Below are positions 1-12,400 of a stretch of DNA of 64,000 nt, piece by piece; the stretch's first letter is position 1, and each line of letters opens with the position of its first letter. Below the pieces are notes generated by a model. The model saw nothing but the letters and a program-made list of their open reading frames with translations. It did not search any database and was not told the origin of the DNA. This DNA comes from Rhizaria sp. SCN 62-66 (taxonomy: Eukaryota): contig MEDY01000042.1 in NCBI GenBank assembly GCA_001724265.1, positions 1 through 64,000 of the forward strand, given 5' to 3'. Both the position numbers and the translations under genes were made by a program.

Positions 1-94
1 CCTAATAACCCTAATAACCCTAATAACCCTAATAACCCTAATAACCCTAATAACCCTAATAACCCTAATAACCCTAATAACCCTAATAACCCTA
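1..94. repeat. Telomeric repeat array (CCCTAATAA)n, i.e. TTATTAGGG on the G-rich strand
   Basis: About 10 perfect 9-bp units from position 1, ending in a partial CCCTA at 90-94. The C-rich strand runs 5'->3' from the window start, as expected at a left chromosome end. Confidence 0.93.
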
Positions 95-95
95 G

Positions 96-1208
96 CTCGC
101 CAATAACGCCCCTGCCCGCGCCAGCGCCAACGTCAATAAGAGCGCGGCGGCCTCTCGCGCGGGCTCCATTGCGGGCTCGAGCGGCGGCTTTAGTCTGGTG
201 TCCAACATGAGCGCGCAGAGCGTCAGCAGCCTTGGCTTCGGCTGCATCGCGTCGTCGTCGATGCAGTTTGTGTCGCGACAGCCCGCGGCGCTGGTGGCGC
301 CCGCGGCCGGCTCCCGCGCCGCCCGCGCCGCCGCCGCCGCCAAGCGCGCCCGTCTCGCCAGCAACAGCAACAACGCGAGTGGCACCAGTCAGAGCACCGG
401 TCGCAGCAGCGGCAACGGCGTCTCGCTGCGCGACAGCTGCGTGGACTTCGACCTGAACGAGAGCTGGGTGGACGGGCTGGAGCTGGCGCTCACGCTCACG
501 CCCTCAGGCGCGGAGCGCGCGATGAGCAGCGAGGCCCCCAGTGACACGCTCAGCCGTGAACTCTGCCGCGCCGTAAGCGGCGACGCTGACGTCGACACCG
601 ACGCCGACGCTGACGCTTCCGCTGCGGTGGCGGTGGTGCGCGAGACTGCGGTTGCTGCGGGCTCCAGGGTCAAGGTTGCTCCAACCGCCGGTACTGCGGC
701 CGCTGCGCCTGCGCCTGCGACTGCGCCTGCGAGTGCGAGTGCGGCTGCGCAGGTGACTGCGACGGCGACTGCGAGTGCGACTTCGACCGCGACCGCGACA
801 GCGACAGCGCCTGCGACCGCTTCCCCGGTTCCTGAGGATGACGACGAGGATGGGCAGGGGACTGACTTTGAGTTCGATGCCATCAGCTTGACTGGCAGTG
901 TTGGCTCTCAGAAGAAGATCACGGCGACCGCGACGGTTGCTGCGCGTGACGCTCCGACGCCCAGGGCTGAGTCGGCTGAGTGTGAGTCTGACTCTGACTC
1001 CGGCGCTGTCGAGGCTGAGGCCAATGTTGTGAAGACTGGCGCTGACGGCGGCGTTGCGGGCGTGTTTGCGCCGCGCACGTGGATGGACGCGCCACTGTGG
1101 AACGCGGGCGCGGCGAAGCTGGCCGTGTTCGAGCCCTTCAAGGACTGGGATCCGATCGAGTGCGTCGCCGGCAACAGTGTCGGCGACGAGTTTGAGTTGC
1201 TGGAGTAA
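96..1208 (+). CDS. Ala/Ser/Thr-rich hypothetical protein, probably 5'-truncated at the telomere
   Basis: The frame of ORF 198..1208 is open back to 96 (LANNAPARASANVNKS...). First ATG is at 207. GC-rich, coding-like codons end at TAA 1206-1208, followed by an AT-rich spacer. No recognisable domain. Confidence 0.6.
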   Translation, partial: LANNAPARASANVNKSAAASRAGSIAGSSGGFSLVSNMSAQSVSSLGFGCIASSSMQFVSRQPAALVAPAAGSRAARAAAAAKRARLASNSNNASGTSQSTGRSSGNGVSLRDSCVDFDLNESWVDGLELALTLTPSGAERAMSSEAPSDTLSRELCRAVSGDADVDTDADADASAAVAVVRETAVAAGSRVKVAPTAGTAAAAPAPATAPASASAAAQVTATATASATSTATATATAPATASPVPEDDDEDGQGTDFEFDAISLTGSVGSQKKITATATVAARDAPTPRAESAECESDSDSGAVEAEANVVKTGADGGVAGVFAPRTWMDAPLWNAGAAKLAVFEPFKDWDPIECVAGNSVGDEFELLE

Positions 1209-1325
1209 GCAGCATACATGGATTACTGTACTCAGGACGATTTATTTTAGTGACCTCAATAGTATGACGAGATCTGGTGCGATCGGCACATATACACATA
1301 AAGATATTCACTCTTCAGTCACGAC

Positions 1326-1355
1326 TTCAATCGATCGAAGTTCAATCGATCGAAG
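1326..1355. repeat. 15-bp tandem duplication TTCAATCGATCGAAG x2
   Basis: Exact copies at 1326-1340 and 1341-1355, each with a palindromic TCGATCGA core. Confidence 0.8.
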
Positions 1356-2485
1356 TTAAAAGTGCGAAGCTTGCGACGAGGGCAGAATTGATGTGAGAAT
1401 TTGCAAGGAAAGACAGTAACAGGATGGTATATAATTTATGCATCAAATACATTATTCCGTGTAAGACACGGAACCTCGCACAAAGGCGCACTGACGCCAT
1501 ATGTATCTTTAAAGTTCTTCATTTTGACCGAGCTCAACTTTAAGCTCGAACAGTGGATACTTCAAATCTCTGACATACGAAGTAGACTGAAGGCAAGTCG
1601 GATTTGAAAGACTGACTTGCTGCAGGGAACGCTAACACAGAGGTACTTGGTATATTCTTAGCGACTGTACATGTGCTTCCGTTCTTCGCATGCTCACTCG
1701 AGATTCCTGCGCAATCACGTCGCATCACAAACCGTGCTTCTCTTTCCTTACATTGTTTCTTTTTTAATCTAGTTATACCATCTCCACGCATCCAAGCGCT
1801 CGGTGGGAATCCTGAATCCACAGACTATGGAGTGGTTCCGTTGGCAGGCGGGTCAAGGTGCGTGTACTAGTATCAAGCATGATGATGCACGTCCTTCGTA
1901 TTTAATATAGTACAAATGTATTTGGTTTGACAATGAACATTTGTTTGATGATTGAAGCTACCTGCATGCTACGAGTGTCTACGCTTGCTAATTTTATTGT
2001 CATTGGTGCATTTGTGCTTTTGTTTGTTGGGAGTTTATTGTACAAATGTACATTGTACGTGTAATTCAGTTTTCACGCAGCACACTGCTGAGTGACGTCG
2101 TACGTCTGTCTGGTGTGCTGAAGTTCAGACAAGACAGTCCCTAGAAACGGTTTTATTTTGCTGGTAACTTATCTTTATCTAAGTTACGAAGTTGTGATTG
2201 GTACCTCGTCTGTTTCAATCGTAATCTTCATCTACTTCGACGATTTGCAATGTTCATGTCACGCGAACGTGACGATTTAAGTAATTATATCAATACATAT
2301 ACACGGTGGAGATGTGAGAACAACGCTCTTATGCGTATCTTACATGAAGACATGATTATTCTGGTCGGATTCTGCTAGGTTGCGTTGCGTCTGGCAGACG
2401 CACGATATTTTATCTTAATCTGACGGCATCATCCGTTTCTCTTCAGGCAGCGTCCAACCACATACAGTGAGCGGCAAACTAATCG

Positions 2486-3371
2486 ATGCCCCAGCAGAGC
2501 CCTAGCGTCGTCAATAAACGTGCACCATTAACCACGTATAGATATATCTGTGTTCGCTACTATATTTTTATAAGCATCTTGGATGGATTTCTTTATGGCG
2601 CGATATCGCCTATCTCCCTCTCTCGGTTTTTGAACTCTTGCATCTCCTCCTCTCGCTCACTTGTCATGCCGCTGCACAATACCTCTTGTACATTGTCGAC
2701 GCTAACACGGCTAAATACGAACAACTGCAATTATAGTTTAGGAAAGGCTTCTTCATTTAGCCACAACCCTTATTCGATACCTAATTACCGGTCCCAGGTT
2801 CGACCGTATCAAGCACCCATGCAACAGGCGCAGGCCGGCTCCTTCCGAGGCGGCCCTATGGCGACCACCGCGGCTGCATCGACTTCGCGAGACAGCCGTG
2901 GCTACGAGAGTGGTTATAATGTGGCGTACGAGCGCACGGCACCCAGCGCGCCTTCGTCGCAACACGCGAGCACCGCGGATCTGAACCAGCCCCAGTTAGC
3001 GTCGGCAGCGCGGCCGCCCCGGCTCTCTGACGAGTCCAAGGCCTACGTCAAGCGCATCTACGCCTCAGACACGGGTCGCGTGGCGGTGAAGCCTGCGAAT
3101 CACATGTGGATCCACGCCTGGTCCCGCGCGTACCAAACGCGCGCCCAGGCCCGCGGCCAGCCGAAGCAAGAGCCCCAGCCCGAACTCGGACACGGACACG
3201 GACACGGAGAGCGGCAGGAGCAGTCGCATAGCGGCGAGGGCGAGGGCGAGGGCGAGAATGAGGCCGCACACGACCGCACTGCACCCGCGCACACATCTTT
3301 GCCGGGAGACTCCGCCGACGCACTTGCTGCTGAAGCCGCTGACGCCAGCGAGAAGAAACAACATAAGCAAC

Positions 3372-3420
<49 letters not shown>

Positions 3421-6400
3421 ACCTCCGCTGTCGCTCACTGCACTGGCTCCTCTGCTTAACGTCCGCCCCGGCCCCAGCTCTAGCTTCAATGCTAGCACGG
3501 GCACCGCCGAGTCAGGCGCGCAGCAGCACGGCGACCACGCGAGCGCTGCGCCCGCGGACGGCAATGGCGGCGCGGGAGCCGGCACTCCTGGCGGCGCTCC
3601 CGGCGGCGGCCGGTGGGGCGCTCGGTGGGCCGCGTTCGTGAGCCGGCACGCGCACGAGCAGGCGTTGTGCGCGGCGCAGGAGCGCGCGCGCGCTCTCGCG
3701 GCGGACTCGGCGAGCTACCAGCGGCGACAGGCCGCCGAGGGCCGCGGCACCGACCTGGATGAGGCCGCCGCAGCCGCCGCGGCAGAGTACGGCCCCGGCA
3801 ACGACTTCCCCACGGCCTCGGCCGCGGGCTCGCTCGCCACGGCCGTGGGCGGGCGGGCGGGCGTGCCCTCGCACAAGGCGTCGTACACGTTGCTGGCCAC
3901 GGCGCCTGCCACAGCGACGGCGTCGGCGGCCGCGCAGACGCACAACGCCGCTACATCAACGCTCGCGGGCCCCGCGCGCGGCGCCGCGCGCGGGCGCTCC
4001 GGCGCGATCGTGCCCGCCGGCAGCAACGACGTCGGCTCCGCCGCGCTCACGGCGCGGGAAGTGCGCGCCGCGGTCGCCGGCTCGGCCGTCGCCGTCGCAG
4101 TCTCGGTCGCGGGCCCCGTCGCGGGACCCGCCGCGGCCACGGCGTCCGCGCACTCGGCGTCCGCGCAGCCTTCGGCCACGCAGTCGTCGGAGACGCGCGA
4201 TCAGCAGAGCGCGGGCGCGCAGAGCGCGGGCGCGGCCGGCGAAGACACGCTGCTGGGCGTGACCGCGTTCGCGCCGTACCCAGGGCAGCCCACGGACGCC
4301 TTCTCGCGGCTGCTCATGACCGCGGCCTCAGCCAAGGAGGACGCCGCTGCGCTTGCTGCGGCGCGCGCTGACGCCGACGCTTACGCTCACGCCGACGTCA
4401 GGCGTGCCGACGGCTTCTCGTCGCCGTCCAAGAAGCACCCCTCGGGCAAGCAGCAGCAGCGTGGCGCGCAGCGCGCGCAGGGCGGCGAGTTCTCGATTGG
4501 GACCTCGACCGTGGCGCTGCCGCGCGGCGCGGCGACCGTGTCTGGGACCTCGTACCCGTTCCGCACGCTGCCGCCCTCGCGTGCGGCGGCCGCGGCTGCG
4601 GCTGAGGCCACGGAGCGGCGCCGCCCCGTCGCGCCGCAGGTCGCGTGGCACGAGCTCATGGGGCCCAACCGCGTGCGCCGCGGCGGCGGTTTCGGCTTCG
4701 TGCGGCCCGGACAGCTCTTCGCGGGCGCCGGTAGCACTGCGGCGGCGCTCGACGTGCTGGCTGCGGCAGCTGAGCTCGTGAACGCAACGCAGCAGGCAGA
4801 TAACAACAGCAATAACCGCGAGCGGCGTCAGCGCCGCGACGAGGACGGCGATGATTATAACAGTCACGACGACACGCACGGCGACGCGGAGAACTCTGCC
4901 CCGGACGCAGACTCGGCGCTTGTGCGCGGGCGCGGGCGCGGGGCTGCGCGCAAGAGCGGCACCGAGTCCGCTGGCGCTGCCTCCGCGGCGGCGAGCGCGA
5001 GCGTGGGCGACGACACGCCGCTGGCGTGGGCCGCTGACGGCCACGGCATCGTGGACCCTGCGCTCATCACGGGCGAGGCGCTCGCCGCCGCGCGCAAACG
5101 TATCCGTCGCAACCGCCGCAAGCGCGTGGCCGTGGAGAACGCCGAGGCCGCGGGCGGAGAGGCCACCGATGGCAGTGAGGATGGCGAGGACGAGGACGAC
5201 GAGGACCAGCAGGGCGAGTTTAGCCGCGTCGCGACGCTCGACTCGGCGATCGACGAGGCGGGCTCCGAGGCCGCGGCGCGCGCGCGGGGCCGCCACGCCG
5301 CGGGTGCGACGCTCAGCGAGACGCACGCGCGCGCGCTGGCGCCGTCGATCCCGCCGCGCGTGCAGCCGCCGCCGCCGGCGAGCACTGCCGTGCCCACGCC
5401 CAACAACGCGTGGACCGCGCGCGCGCCGTTTTCACTCGACTTCCCCGCCGCGCCGCTGACCAACGTGCTGCCGGGCCGCGGGCGACGCGACCGCGACCCT
5501 TGGCTGGCATGCGCGCCCGCGGCGGGCGCTGAGGCGGGCGCGGTGGCGCCGGTCGTGCTTGTCGACGATAGACAGCCTTACGCCGACCTGAGTCGCATGC
5601 GCGCGCGCGCTGTGCAGGTGATTCATCTCTACCGCGAGGAGCGCGCTGCAGCTGCGCGCGCGGCGGCGGAGGCGCACGGTGGCGGCGGCGGCGCGGGCTC
5701 CCGAGCACAGCAGCAGCATCAACAGCAACAACAACAGCAGCAGCAGCAGTCGCAGCGCAACTGGTCTGGCATGCCGAGCAGCGCGGCGGGGGGCACGACG
5801 CCGCGCCGCGCGGGCACTCCGGCCACTGCGCACGCGCACGCGCACAATGATGAAGGCCGCAACCCGTACATCGCGGCCGAGTCGCAGTCGCGCTCGCACC
5901 GCGTGCCGCAGCCGGGACACGGCCGGCCCGCCACGGCGCCGCAGCAGGGCGGACTGCATCCCGCCGTCGCGATGCAAAACGCGCGGTTCCGCTCCGAGCT
6001 GGCGGCGCGAACACGGCGCGGGCGGCGGCCTCGCGTTGAGGCCGCGGTGTCGCACTACGTGGACATTGCGCGCGAGGGCCGCATGGCCGCTGCGGGCCCG
6101 CAGACGCCCAGCGAGGTCCTCGAGTCGCTGCGCAACGAAATCGACAAGGTTATGGACGCCAGCAACGAGGCGAACGAAGACGACGAGGATGACTGCAACG
6201 AAGACAGTAAAGACAACGCGGACGATGACAGCGAGCACAAGCAGCAGAGCGGCAGCAAGAGCGGCCGCGGCTTCGTGGCGGGCAAGATGCCGCTGGTGCC
6301 GGCAACGCCCGAGCTGTTTGAGTCTTTGACGCGGCCCGAGGACCGCGCCGCAGTGCTCACGTGGCTTGTCTCGGCGGACCGCCGCCGCGCGCCGCTGGTG

Positions 6401-9400
6401 CCGCGCGCGCTGGACGCGCGCCCCGTGGCGCCGCTGTACCCGGACCTGCCGCTGCCGCCGCGCGTGATGCCTGCGTCCGACATCGCGGCAGCGGCGGCGG
6501 CGGCCGTGCCGGTGCGCAACCAGGACCTGGTGCAGCTGCTCGCGGTCGGCGGCCAGCGCAAGACGGCGCTGCACCTACTGGGCGTGCTTGAGGCGCAGCG
6601 CGCGGCGGCCGAGGCCGAGCCGCTGCCGACGCTCACGGCCGTCGTCGCCGAGCTCACCGCGCTACGCGACGAGTACATCGCTGCCGAGAAGGAGGTCTAC
6701 GCCTTTTTGTCCGCACCGGACTGCGCCTTCTTTGCGCTCGCGCCGCGCAAGGTGACGGTGACACCCGCGACGGCGCACAAGCTCGTGCTGCGCGTGTCGG
6801 CGCCGATCGCTGTGGTACCGCGATACCTGGTCGAGTTTGCGCAGAGCGAGGCGCGGTTCGACCACGCCGCGCAGCTCGCCGCCGCGGTCGACGCGTACCA
6901 CAAGCACTGTCTGGCCGAGGAGAGCCGTGCCCGCGAGTGGGAGCGCCAGGTCAGGGCGCGTGACCACAACGGCGGCCACAGTGGCGACGACGGCGTCGAC
7001 GAGCACGAGCGCGCTGTCATCGGTGGTGGCAGCGGCGACGGCGCCGACGGCGAAGGCGGCGATGGCGGCGATGGCGGCGATGACAACAACTGCGACTTTG
7101 CGCCCCCTGCCGGCCGCCCGCGGTTCACCCCGCTGTGTCCGCCGCCGATCCTGGCGCGCGACCGGCTGGCCGTGTTCCGCTGGCTGCGGTCCCCCGAGTG
7201 CGTGCTGTTCGCGACCGCGGGCGAGGTCACCGCCGACGCGCGCGCGCTGGACGAGCTTATCCGCGCAGCGTGGGTTGACGCCGACGGCTTCGAGATCGCG
7301 GCTGAGGCTCCGGCCTCCGGCTCAGGCTCGCTCCCCGGCAGCGACGACGAGGACGGGGCCCCGCAGCGGCGCCCGCGCAGGCGCGAGGACGTCGCCCCGG
7401 GCGGCGATGACGGCGACGACGTGCCCAGCGACGCCGACGCCGAGGACGAGGAAGAGGACGCGGATTTCTGCCGTCTCGACGACGTCGACGCGGAGGAAGA
7501 AGGCACCTGCGTGCCGTGGCTCGCCGCGCGCACCATCTCGATGCTGCGCAACGTCAACGGCGGCATGCTCGCCTCGCTCATCCTCGCGCACCGCCGCGCT
7601 GCGCACCTGGCCGCCGGCGGCGTCGCGGCGCGGCCCGGCTCGCGCGGTCCCGTGCGGCTGCCGCACGCACACGCGCTGTCGACGCTGCCAGACCAGGTCC
7701 GCGCTGTCGCCGCGCACGCCGCCGTGGCCGCTCGTCGCGTGCGCGATTATCTGGCCTCGGCGCACTGCGTCCTCTGGCCGCCGGGCCCCGACGGACGGCC
7801 CCTGCGCCGAAAGATCTCCACTTCGGCCGTCGTGCGCTTTTTCGCGGCCTCGGACGCCGGCATGGCGTGTCCGTTCCTGCTTTCGGCGCTCATTGCGTAT
7901 CTCACGTCCACGCCGGAAGTCGCCACCGCGTCCGCGGCAGAGTCTGCGGTTTCCGCTGCGGTGTCCGCGGCTGTCGGCAGCGCGCGCAACTTCGCGTGCC
8001 TCGCGGACCTCGCTGCGGCCGTCAAGGGCATCAAGATGGTCCTGGTCGCGCCGTTTGCTTTCACCAACACTGCCAGCAATAGTAGCGGCTCTTTCTCTGG
8101 GTCGCTGCCCGCCGCCCGCAGCGCCCGCGGTGAGACGACGTTGACTGTGCTGTCGTCGCTGCTCGCGGCCTGCCCGCTCTCTGCATCGCCGCCGCTGAGC
8201 ATCCGCTTTATCCCGCCCTCGCACGCGCCGCAGCCGCACAAGCAGCTGCTGACGACGCTTGCGCGCGTAGATGTCTTTGCACCCGACGCGCTGCAGCCGC
8301 TGCCGCAGCCGACCTTCACGCTTGCCGGCGGGCCAAGCGGCGGGAACCGGCGCGCCAACTGGCAAGGCAGCGTCGACGGCGTCAGCTCGGTGCAGCAGTG
8401 GCCCGACTCTGGCCGTCGCGCGCCGCCCACAGTCACGGGCTCGTTTTCCGTCTTCTCAAGCGGACCGTCCGCGCTGCCCGCGCCGTCGGTGACCTCAGCC
8501 CGCGGACTCGCCGGCAGTGTGTCTGGCCGCTTCGACACCTCCCCCTCGCGCGCCGACTCGGGCCACTCGCCCGCGCCGCGCCAGTCGCCCTCAGTCTCGG
8601 GCTCGCTGCTGTCGGCGCCGCTGTCGCCGCTGCGGGAGAGCGTCCCCGTCACCGTGCGCGGCAGGCTGCTCACGTCGCTGATGGACCTGGACCTGCTTCT
8701 TTGGGCCGGAGACCACGACCTGACGCGCATCGCTGTCGTGCTGGGTTACTTCGAGCAGCTGGGCGCGCGCTTCTCCGGCATCGACGCGCTCATCGAGGCC
8801 GTCTACTGCACGGTCTGGACCGCGGGCATCCTCCGCAACGACGCCAAGACCTGGACTTCGAGTCCGCCCGCGCTGACTGCCACGCTGTCGGACGCCGACG
8901 CGGTGGCCGTGTGCGACGCTGACGGCGACAGCGTCGTCGCGATGGTGCGCGTCGGCCACGCCGCACCAGTCAGCTCCACAATCGCGACCGCCACGGTCAT
9001 CTCGCTCGACACGGGCGCGCCGGCCGGCGGAAGCGATGATTCCGCGAGTGCGAACAAGGGCGGCGCTCACAAACGCGGCAAGAGTATCAGCGGGGACGCG
9101 CAGGCCGACGCTGACCACGGCGCTGAGCTCGACGCGGACTCGGTCGGCGATACTGGCAGTTCCGACACCAACAGCGCTGGCGCTGACAAGACCACCGCGG
9201 CCGCTGGTGAGGTCTCGCCCGCGCTCGCGGCCGCGCGCGACTTCATGCAAAAGAAGTGGTCGATCTTTCCCAGCGCGCTGCTCTCGGCGCCGTCGGCCGA
9301 GGCTCGCCTGTGCGCGCGCGTCGACGCGCGGCTGCGGCGGCGTCCTGGCCAGCAGACGGAGGAGCAGCGCGGACAGGGCCTGTCTTCCTCTGACGAAGAC

Positions 9401-12400
9401 TCAGCCACCGTGGCCGCGGCCGAGGAGGAGGCCGAGGACGACGACGCAGTGGACGAGACCGAGCTGATGGAGGAGGCGCTCACGGCCGTCGAGGCCGAGG
9501 CGCACGGCACCGCGGTCACCGCGCCCGCCACGCCGCTATCGCAGGACGCGTCAGCGGAGCGCTCCACGGCGACGCTATTCGCGGACTTCTACGCCGCGCT
9601 GGCCGTGCTGGATCACCACTCGCGCCACAACCCCGACGCGGCGACCGAGGCCGCGGTCGCCAAGGCTCTCCGCGTGCGCGCGCTGCGCTCCGCCGACGGC
9701 CCCGGTGTCGGTAGCGGCGGCGGCGGCGGTGCGGGTGGTGCTGGTGCGATGTCGATGCCCTCGCGCACGCGCACACTGCACGCCGCCACCGCAGCAGGGC
9801 CCGACGACAGCGCTGTGGCAGGCGGCGAGATGGGTCAGGCCGTCGTCTTCTCGGTCACGCCGGTGCTCGCGACGGCCGTCGTCAAGGTCGGCCCCGCGAC
9901 ACGCACGCCCACCGTGCCCTCCGCGTCCCCGCCTTCGAGTCCCGCTGCGCCGCGCCGCGCTGCCCCCACGCGCGCGGCGCCAAGCCGGTCCGCGCCCACC
10001 CGCGCCGCGCCGACCGCCCCTGGGGCTCCTGCCTCCGCGGTGTTCGAGGGCGCTAGTGCGGCTGGTGGCGAGCCGCCACAGAGTGACTTGTGGAAGGATG
10101 ATCTCATCATGTGGTCCTCATCGGCGCGCAACGCTCTGCCGCCTCCGCTCGGTGCGACGGACGCGGCGCTGGCGCTGCTGTGCGCGCCAGAGTGCCCGTG
10201 GCTTACGGCGGCGGCCAAGGCGCAGCTGAGCGCGACGCACCCGTCGCCCGAGCTTGTGCTGCTGCTGCGTCTGCTCGTGTTTGTCTACCACCACTGGACG
10301 CCCCCCGCTGCCGAGCCCGCCGCTGCCGAGCCCGCCGCTGCCGAGCCCGCCGCTGCCGAGCCCGCCGCTGCCGAGCCCGCCGCTGCCGAGCCCGCCGCTT
10401 GGGCCCCGTGTTCGTGCTCGACCCTGAGGCCGCTGCGCCGCTGATGCGGCTGCTCGCGCCGCTGCTCGCGCCCGACGAGTCCGACCTGGTCGCGCGCGCA
10501 GTCAGCCCCGGCACATGGCACAGCGAGTGCGCGCGCTTTGCCTTTGCGTATCCGCCGCTTGATGTCGCGGCTAGCGCCACACGCCGCGACGTCCACTCGC
10601 GGAGTGACTCTGATATCGCCGCCACAACTGCTGAGGCAGTCGGCTCTTCAGCCGAAGGAAAGACTGACAAGACAGATGATGCATGGATTCGCGCAACGTC
10701 TGCAGCCGTGTTGCGGCCGTATAGCTCTATTGGCGACCTGTTTTTGGCAGTGTCGCTGCGCCTCACGCTTCTTTCTACTGTCGGCGCTCCAGTCGCCGCT
10801 GCAATCACCGCCCAGCTCGGCGCGTGCACGCCGCTCCTGGCCGTTGCACGCCGCCTGATCGCGCGCGCTGCTGCAGCGCAGCAGGCGATGTTGCTGGGCG
10901 TTACGGATCCAGTCGCGGCCACGCTCGAGGACGGCACGCTGATGAGTCCTGTCGTGCCCTCTGACGTGAGCATCGTCGCTGCAGTGCTCCAAGGCTGTCT
11001 GTCCAAGCCGGATATTCTCCCCGCGCTCTTTGCCTACATCTCGACCACTCCCTACGCGCTTCCGGCACCGGCGTTGCTCTGTGCACCCTCGTCCACTGCA
11101 GGTGCTGGCGCCTTGGTGACGGTAAGTGTCACTGACTACATGTTCATGCTTATCCGTGGACTGACGTCACAGTTCGCGCGCACCGCTGAACACGCTCTTG
11201 CGATGCTGCACGCGCCCGGTTGCCCGCTGCTGTTGGGCTCGGGCGCTGTTAGCGCTGTCGCGCACTCGGCCGCTCAGCGTGCCGGCCGCGCCCGGGCCCG
11301 CGCGATCCGCCGCGCTGGTGCTGGCGCTGGCACTGCTGCTGCGTCGCCTGCGCGCAGCACTTCAACAGCGCCCCCGGGGGCGAATGACCGCGTGGCACCG
11401 GCTCTGCTGGCGACTCCTGTGGCGCCCTCCAACGGCCGCAGTCGGCGCCTCTCGCTCACAGTTGCACTTGCAACCCCGCGTGCGACGATGGGCGATGACA
11501 ACTTGCACACGCAGTCTCAGTCCGCGCTGCTTATGCCTCCCGAGCCCGCGGTTGGTGCCAACGGTGTTTCCCTCTCCGACTCTGTCGCTGAGTCGTATGG
11601 TGCATCAGAGCGTCGCCTTCGGTCATCGGCTACTGAGTCCTCTGGCACACTCGGCATTGAGGCGCTGGGTCCGGCGGACTTCGAATCTAACGACTCTGGC
11701 GCCGTCGACCCTATCGCGCTTGCTCTGACACTGCTGCGTGCTCACGCAGCCGCGCTGCCGTCGACGCAGCATAGTTCTCGCACCACTGATATCGGCGCGA
11801 CTGCCGCGTTCGAGTTCACGGGATTCGCACCGCTGCCATCAATGCCTGCTATTCTCCTCACGGAGCTCACTATTGATGAGCCCGCAACGTCTGTTGCGCC
11901 CAAGCGTGCACCTCGTCGCTCTCACAACGCCACAAACAAAACCTCCGCTAGTGCGCCTTCGAATGACTCTCTGATGAGTCACAGACACGCTGCGGCTGCC
12001 AAGGGCGACTTGACGTCGCGTCTGTGGGCCGCTCTCAGCGACGTGCTATCTGACGCCGCTTCGTCCGTGGCAGTGATGACGTACTCGCCCACCGCGTCTC
12101 ACCACGACGTTGCACCACCCGGAATCACGCCTGGCACTGCCGCCGCGGCCACGCGCACTCTCGTCGCCGAGCGCCGCGCTCTGCTGCGCTTGGCTACTGA
12201 GGTCCGCGACGGTTCTGCGACGTGGCAGGGCCGCGAGCCGCTGCTGCTGGCGTCGCTGTGGCAGACCGCGGCCTTCGCACGTCACTGCATGTCGATGGGC
12301 CGCGCTCTCTCACGCCGTATCCGCGCGCAAGCGGCTGCGGCTGCGGCTGCGGGCCCCGCTCTGGCGCCTCTGTCGCGCCCGATGCGCCGCTGGCTGCGCT

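Noticed and set aside
93-95. In-frame TAG at the telomere junction
   Set aside because: Its TA bases belong to the telomere repeat, so it was not counted as code evidence.
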